Assembly (NCBI GenBank): GCA_027593235.1
Contig: JAQCIU010000014.1
Span: 1 to 64,000 of the forward strand
Source of the DNA: Chloroflexota bacterium
GTDB lineage: Bacteria > Chloroflexota > Dehalococcoidia > UBA2979
Reading direction: 5' to 3'
Length of the DNA: 64,000 bases
This document shows, piece by piece, positions 58,567 through 64,000 of the stretch. A model generated the notes under the pieces. The model did no database searches. It was given only the letters and a program-made list of their open reading frames with translations, and was not told the origin of the DNA. The position numbers were made by a program, and so were the translations under genes. Numbering within the stretch: the first letter of the stretch is position 1; every line of letters starts with the position of its first letter.

Positions 58567-59559
58567 GTGACACCCCTCGACGTCCCCCGCATCCTCCTCG
58601 GCGACAACGTCCTCTACCCGCTGCCGCTGCGCGACGGCGGCGTGTTCCTCATCGACGCGGGGCCCCACATCCCCGCCCGCGACAGCTCCGAGGACTCATG
58701 GACCTCGCTCGCGACGCAGCTCGCCGCGCATGGCATCGAGGTTGGCGACATCCGCTTCGCCCTCGTCACCCACGCGCACCTCGATCACGCCGGGCTCGCT
58801 TATCGCTGGGCGGAGGCAGGCGCGCAGGTGCTGGCCGGGGCGGCGGACCTCCTTGCGATCGAGCGCGGACAGGCGTCACGCGACGCACAGCGCGCGCTCC
58901 AGCTCGAGGACCTGCTGCGCCACGGCTGCCCGCCGGACGTCATCGAGGGCATGCGCTCACCGCGGGGCCGTCATCCCGCAGGCCTGCGCTGGGAGCCCTG
59001 TCCCGGCCGCTCGCTCGCGGCGCCGGAGCCTGCCTACGACCTCGAGGGTGGGCGCACGCTGCTGGTGATCGACGCGCCCGGGCATACGCCCGGTAACGTC
59101 GTGGCGTTCATCGCGGAGACGGGGGAGCTGTTCAGCGGCGACACGATCCTGCCGACGACCGTACCGACGCCCGGCATGCACTACCCGGCGGCGATCGAGG
59201 GCGTCGCGGATGCGCCGCGCTGGCCCTCGCTGCCCCCGTTCATCGCCTCCGTGACACGCCTGCGCGAGCTACCGATCCGGCGCATCTTCCCCGGCCACGG
59301 CGAACCCGTCGACGATCCGGAGCGGCTGTTCGCGCGCTTCGAGGAGCACCACGCGCGCCGCGCTCGCCGCCTCCGCGCCGCCCTCCTCGACGGCCCCGCC
59401 AGCACCTACGAGGTCGCGAAGCGCATGTTCCCGCGCATCCCGCCGCGGCGGCTGGGGCAGGCGATCACCGAGCTGCTCGGGCACCTCGATCTGCTCGAGC
59501 GCGAGGGAGCGGTTGTCGTGCAACGCGAGGGCGACGGGGTGCGGTACCGGCTGAGCTAG
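58567..59559 (+). CDS. Metallo-beta-lactamase-fold hydrolase with C-terminal winged helix
   Basis: THAHLDHAG, PGHTPG, SGD and PGHG motifs. Confidence 0.9.
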   Translation: MTPLDVPRILLGDNVLYPLPLRDGGVFLIDAGPHIPARDSSEDSWTSLATQLAAHGIEVGDIRFALVTHAHLDHAGLAYRWAEAGAQVLAGAADLLAIERGQASRDAQRALQLEDLLRHGCPPDVIEGMRSPRGRHPAGLRWEPCPGRSLAAPEPAYDLEGGRTLLVIDAPGHTPGNVVAFIAETGELFSGDTILPTTVPTPGMHYPAAIEGVADAPRWPSLPPFIASVTRLRELPIRRIFPGHGEPVDDPERLFARFEEHHARRARRLRAALLDGPASTYEVAKRMFPRIPPRRLGQAITELLGHLDLLEREGAVVVQREGDGVRYRLS

Positions 59560-59614
59560 CCGACCTCGTGGTTTCGAGCGAAGGCGCTCACCTCGAGCGA
59601 CTGGAACGGGCGGG

Positions 59615-60529
59615 TCAGTCGGTCAACCGGTCCCAGCGGAACCAGCCGTCCAGCGGCACCTCGCTCAGGTTCCGATTCGACTCCCCACGCCACGGTCTCC
59701 ATGGGCCGTACACGCCGACGTGCGACGCGCCGCCCAGAACGGCCGCCCACCACGACAAGGTCCCGTGCTCGAACAGGACGTTGTCGAACGTTCGGAGGTA
59801 GTCGAAGTCCTCGGCGGGCGAGGTAGACCGGAAGATCGGGTCGAAACGACTCAGTCCCTCAACGAACTCGTTCAGGTACTCGATGGACTCGGACAGGGGG
59901 ACCGCCTGGTGCTCGGGGATCGACCGATGGAAGTTCACCGACCGCAGTTCCGCCTCCGTGTAGGCCTTCCAGACCGGCAGATCGGACACGATGTGGAGTC
60001 GATCAAAATCGAACCGCTCGATCGCCGCAAGGTAGTCGGCGATCCGCGGCTTCTCGTAGAACTCCTCTTTCATGAAGAGGCGATCGCCGGTCCGAAAATG
60101 CAATGCCAGATCCCGACCGGAACGCTTCTCGACCGGTTGAAACCAGGAACGAATCGTTTCGAGGTGCGGGAGATAGTAGCGGTAGTCTTCGAAGAACCCG
60201 CTGAGCAACATCCGCCTCCGCGGATAGTCGCCACGCGCCACCTCTTCGTAATACCGCTCAGTAATGATGAATCTGAACTGACGGCTGTCGGTCACGTTCA
60301 GATCGATTCCGAGCTTTGAGAACTCGCTGATCGCAGACGCGCTGGGTGGCTGAGTGATCCACAGTGGCAACCGGTAGTGCTCCGCCAGTAGCCGGGCGGC
60401 GATGTACTGGAACAGATTGTTGCCAAAGCCCAGTGTGAACGTGACGCAGACCATGTCCGGCAACCGGATCACGCCGAGCTGATCCAGCAGTGATGGCACT
60501 CGTCGGATCGCGCGCTCAGCGAGGTTCAT
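59615..60529 (-). CDS. GT11-like (alpha-1,2-fucosyltransferase-type) glycosyltransferase
   Basis: GFGNNLFQY, GFFED..Y, LHFRTGD and GTLSWWAA motifs. Confidence 0.7.
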   Translation of the reverse strand: MNLAERAIRRVPSLLDQLGVIRLPDMVCVTFTLGFGNNLFQYIAARLLAEHYRLPLWITQPPSASAISEFSKLGIDLNVTDSRQFRFIITERYYEEVARGDYPRRRMLLSGFFEDYRYYLPHLETIRSWFQPVEKRSGRDLALHFRTGDRLFMKEEFYEKPRIADYLAAIERFDFDRLHIVSDLPVWKAYTEAELRSVNFHRSIPEHQAVPLSESIEYLNEFVEGLSRFDPIFRSTSPAEDFDYLRTFDNVLFEHGTLSWWAAVLGGASHVGVYGPWRPWRGESNRNLSEVPLDGWFRWDRLTD

Positions 60530-60542
60530 TGGCGACGCTCCG

Positions 60543-60600
60543 TGTCACGAGTCGGCGGAGCGACCGCGTGACATCACACACTACGACCAGCGTGTGATGT
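60543..60600. promoter_or_regulatory. Overlapping inverted repeats between the VWA gene and the GT11-like gene
   Basis: ACATCACAC-n12-GTGTGATGT (60571-60600) and TGTCACG...CGTGACA (60543-60573). Confidence 0.4.
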
Positions 60601-60616
60601 ACTAGGAACGTATCAG

Positions 60617-63600
60617 TTAGTCGGCTGCGAGGTGTCGGTACAGCGTCGGCAACCGCCGAGGCAACGACTCGATGTTGTCGACGACCTCGTAGCCGATGTC
60701 GTCGCACATCTGCTTCAGGTAGTCGTGGCCTTCCTTGTCGACAGTGATCAGGAACGGCGTCACACCGATGCGTTTGGCCTCGTTGAGGGCCTGCTTCGTG
60801 TCGTGGACGGCGTATTCCTTCTCGGTGCGGTCGCGGCCATAGCCGTGATCCTGCGGGCGTCCGTCGGACACCATGATCAGAATCTTCACCTTCGCGTCGT
60901 ACTGATCCAGCTTGTGGGTGGCGTGGCGGATCGCCGGACCCATGCGCGTCGAGCGGACCGGATCGATCTTGTCGATGCGCTTGCGGACGCGGTCTGAGAA
61001 CTCCTCGTCCAGGTCCTTGATCACGTGGAACTCCACGTTGTCGCGACCGTAGCCGGAGAAGCCGTAGATGCCGTACGCGTCGCCAATCGCTTCGAGGGCT
61101 TCGACGACCAGGACGGTCGACTCCTTCTCGAGGTCGATGATGCGCTTCGGTGGCTCGATCGCCTGCTTGGCACGGCGCTGGGCGAGCCACTGGAAGTACT
61201 TCGAGGGATCGCCCTGGAAGTCTTCTTCCTCTTCTTCGTACTTCTGGCGCTGCTTCTCGATCTCCTCGTCGGTGGAGGCCGACATGTCGAGGAGGAACGC
61301 GACCGCGACATCGCGCTCGATCTTGTTACGCCGCGAGTAGACGCGCGCGAGCGGACCGACGCCGGCCTTCTTGTCGATGTGGAAGGAAATCGCCTCGTCC
61401 AGATCGATCTCGTGACCGTCTTCCAGGCGCCGCATCTTGCGGAAGCTTTCCGGGCGCATGAGTTCGAACTGGCGACGGGTCTCCATCACCAGGCCGTGGT
61501 GCTTGCGGAGGATCTCTTCGTAGTACTCGGTGTCGCCCTCGTCGCCGAGGCGCTCGCCGACGCGGCACCAGCGCGGGCGGTAGTCCGACGCGCGGAAGTC
61601 CCACTCGTCGTAGTAGTGCCACTCCACCTCGACCTTGAGCTCTTCGTCGTCGGCGCCTTCGCCGCCGCCCGGTTCGTCACCGGACTCGCCGTCCTCGCCC
61701 TTCTTCTCGCTGGCGGGGGTGGCGGAATCCTTCTCGAGGTTGTCCAGGAACATCCCGAGGCTGGACGCGAGGTCGCCCTCTGCCCACTCGCTGATTGTGA
61801 TCTCCACGGAGTTCTGGAGCAGCTCCATGAGCTGTTCCTTGGTCAGCGGGGAGGCGGTGCCATCCTGCTGTCCGCCCTGCTGGTCCTTCAGCTTCATCAT
61901 CAGCTGGACCAGTTCCGGCTTGAAGTCGCCACGGAACTCCGGCTGCTCCGGGTTCTGGAAGGCCATCTCTTCGCCGGACGGCATCGGTGCGTCGCCACCT
62001 TCGCCGCCACCGGGCATGTCCGGAGCGATCGAGATCATGTCTTCGTCGGGCGCCAGCCAGTCGGCCTCGATCGCGTCTTGCGGGAGGTTCGGGATCCGCA
62101 TCGCGATGTCGTAGAGGGCCGCCGCGACCTCGGCGGTGTCCTGCACCGTCGCACCGGGCTGCTCCGCGATCTTCAACGCCGCCAGCGCCTGCGCCAACGT
62201 GTCCTGCATCGTCAGCGGCCAGCGGACGGTGTCCGGGCGACCCAACGAGGCGCGCAAGAGGTTCTCGACGAACGCCTGGCGCAGGCCCATCGCCCGCACC
62301 TCGGGGCGGCGCTCGGACTCGATGCTCTGGAGGCGCGCCAGCCAGGCGCGGATGCCGCCGTACTCGCGCGAGACGAACGCGTCGACACGCGTGTCCTCGG
62401 CGATCGTGAACAGGCCGGAGATGAGGAGGCGGTCGGAGAACATGTTAAAGTACCGCTGCATCGCGGTACTGGCGAGGCGCTCGACCGGTGCAACCTCGCC
62501 GGCTTCGGTCGCCTCGGTCGCTGCAGCGGCCTCCGTCGCATCGATGCCGCGCTCAGCGAGCGCGGCGGCGCGCCGTTGCTCGCGATCGACGACTGTCGAG
62601 GGCGTCAGCGGCCCCTGCTCGCCCCAGCGGTAGCCGAACGAGCCGAACTCGAGCCGCCCCGTCTGGTGCGTCGTGTAGACCTTGTAGACCTGAAAGTTGG
62701 ACGCCTGCTCGGGGAACGAGCTGACGAACGGCGGCAGGTAGATTGTCGTGCCCTCGGTCGTCGGCGCCGACTCGGACATCCAGCCGATGTTGCGATCGAC
62801 CAGCTCTTCCGAGGACAGGACGGCGACCTGCTCGCCGGACAGCGCCTTCGCGTAGAGGCGCAGCATGCTGCTCACCGCGGGCAGTTCCACCCGCGCGGAC
62901 AGCGCGCGCAGCATCTCTTCGGCACGCGTGGACTCGAGGCGGAAGTACGCCTCCGCACCTTCCGCGTTGCCCTGCTTGAGGATCTCGATGCCGGTCTCGG
63001 CCCAGCGGCCCATCTGTTCGGCGGTGAGGCGGGAGCGTACGAACGGCGCGGACTTCAGGTACTCCATCGCGGCGGTGGAGCTACCGGGCGCGACCGAGGA
63101 CGCGAACGCCAGCAGCGCGCCGTGATCCTCCGCCTCAACCTGGGTCAGCGATTGCGCTGCATCCGCGAAGAGCGGGAACCCCTGCCGGCCGACGTCCATC
63201 GTCACGCGCGAGGCGAGATCGAGGAACGCGCCACGCTGATCGGCGGCGACGCCCTCGATGAGCTTCGGACCGCGTTCGAAGTAGAGACGGGTGTCCGCCC
63301 ACGATGCGCGGGTGACCGCGCGGGCGAACGCCAGGAACGGCTCGCGATCGGCCGCCGCGAGGTGCTCGAAGATCTCGCCGGCCCCCTCGAGGACGCTGTT
63401 CGCTAGTTCGTAGGAACGCTCGGTGAGCTGATCGATGATGTCGACGAGGCGCCCCACCGAGGCGAGCGGCAGCGATCCGAGCAGCCGCGGGCTGTGCTGG
63501 AAGTAGAGCCCGGCAAGCGCGATCGACTTCCAGTTGCCGCGACAGAGCCGTCCGCCCTGTTGCGACCAGGTGTCCAGCTCGGCGGTGGTGAGATGTGCCA

Positions 63601-63928
63601 GCGCGTCCGGCGTCGCCTTGAGGAAGGCCGCTGCCATCAGCGAGGACTCGGTCGCCAGTCCGGTCGCCAGCGCGAGCCAGTGCTCTAGCTCCTCGAAGCT
63701 GAGGCGCGCGGCGACCTGCGGGCTGGCGCGGAAGTACTCCGCCGACGCCTCCCACGAGCGCAGCGAGTGGTTGGCGAGCGCAACGCCCGCCTTTGCCCAG
63801 CGATCGAGCTGCGCCTCATCGAAGCGCGACTCCAGACCGGCGAGACCCGTTGCGAGGTCATCCGGCAACGAAGCGCCGAAGCCCTTGAGCTCGTTGGCAT
63901 ACCGGTCCTGGAGCTGGGCGATCGTCAC
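60617..63928 (-). CDS. Large CbbO/NorD-like VWA-domain protein
   Basis: TEGTTIYLP, EDTRVD, YDEWD, LLDMSAST MIDAS, TRMGPAIRHA and SDGRPQD motifs. Confidence 0.88.
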   Translation of the reverse strand: MTIAQLQDRYANELKGFGASLPDDLATGLAGLESRFDEAQLDRWAKAGVALANHSLRSWEASAEYFRASPQVAARLSFEELEHWLALATGLATESSLMAAAFLKATPDALAHLTTAELDTWSQQGGRLCRGNWKSIALAGLYFQHSPRLLGSLPLASVGRLVDIIDQLTERSYELANSVLEGAGEIFEHLAAADREPFLAFARAVTRASWADTRLYFERGPKLIEGVAADQRGAFLDLASRVTMDVGRQGFPLFADAAQSLTQVEAEDHGALLAFASSVAPGSSTAAMEYLKSAPFVRSRLTAEQMGRWAETGIEILKQGNAEGAEAYFRLESTRAEEMLRALSARVELPAVSSMLRLYAKALSGEQVAVLSSEELVDRNIGWMSESAPTTEGTTIYLPPFVSSFPEQASNFQVYKVYTTHQTGRLEFGSFGYRWGEQGPLTPSTVVDREQRRAAALAERGIDATEAAAATEATEAGEVAPVERLASTAMQRYFNMFSDRLLISGLFTIAEDTRVDAFVSREYGGIRAWLARLQSIESERRPEVRAMGLRQAFVENLLRASLGRPDTVRWPLTMQDTLAQALAALKIAEQPGATVQDTAEVAAALYDIAMRIPNLPQDAIEADWLAPDEDMISIAPDMPGGGEGGDAPMPSGEEMAFQNPEQPEFRGDFKPELVQLMMKLKDQQGGQQDGTASPLTKEQLMELLQNSVEITISEWAEGDLASSLGMFLDNLEKDSATPASEKKGEDGESGDEPGGGEGADDEELKVEVEWHYYDEWDFRASDYRPRWCRVGERLGDEGDTEYYEEILRKHHGLVMETRRQFELMRPESFRKMRRLEDGHEIDLDEAISFHIDKKAGVGPLARVYSRRNKIERDVAVAFLLDMSASTDEEIEKQRQKYEEEEEDFQGDPSKYFQWLAQRRAKQAIEPPKRIIDLEKESTVLVVEALEAIGDAYGIYGFSGYGRDNVEFHVIKDLDEEFSDRVRKRIDKIDPVRSTRMGPAIRHATHKLDQYDAKVKILIMVSDGRPQDHGYGRDRTEKEYAVHDTKQALNEAKRIGVTPFLITVDKEGHDYLKQMCDDIGYEVVDNIESLPRRLPTLYRHLAAD

Positions 63929-63930
63929 GG

Positions 63931-64000
63931 CTACTCCTCGAAAATCGAGGTCACGACCTCTTCGATTGAGCGCTGGACCTCCAGGTCGTCGGTCAGTGCC
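63931..64000 (-). CDS. C-terminus of a CbbQ/NirQ/NorQ-family AAA+ ATPase (partial)
   Basis: ALTDDLEVQRSIEEVVTSIFEE* resembles the CbbQ C-terminal helix; its stop lies 2 nt before the VWA gene start. Confidence 0.6.
   Translation of the reverse strand, partial: ALTDDLEVQRSIEEVVTSIFEE

Overview
High-GC (roughly 70%) bacterial chromosomal window, densely coding and mostly housekeeping or metabolic. Gene style suggests Chloroflexota, Dehalococcoidia-like (inference only). It contains mscS, mobA/yqeC, a hicAB locus with a frameshifted toxin, ogt, an orphan Dam-type methylase, an actinobacterial-style amtB-glnK-glnD operon, ccr, a Cys-less thiolase/DUF35 pair, ispH, pabB/pabC, rex, mreB-like, murA, a complete F1Fo operon, pyrF, murI, a P450-comB pair, MoxR-DUF58-DUF4129, a stand-alone GltD/NfnB-like flavoprotein, cinA, a GT11-like gene and a CbbQ/NorQ plus large VWA pair. 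I found no rRNA, tRNA, CRISPR array, transposase or integrase. The most notable signals are: (1) seven GnnAC-type pentamers in exact 11-bp phase upstream of amtB (GlnR-box architecture), plus an atypical OmpR regulator in the window; (2) single in-frame TAG codons in two otherwise intact genes; (3) Fo subunits c and b with signal-peptide-like extensions and subunit a with a ~115-aa insert; (4) a fourfold tandem copy of a gene's last 9 codons including its stop; (5) a steep strand-specific cytosine-depletion gradient at the left edge. All product calls come from motif recognition, not database searches.
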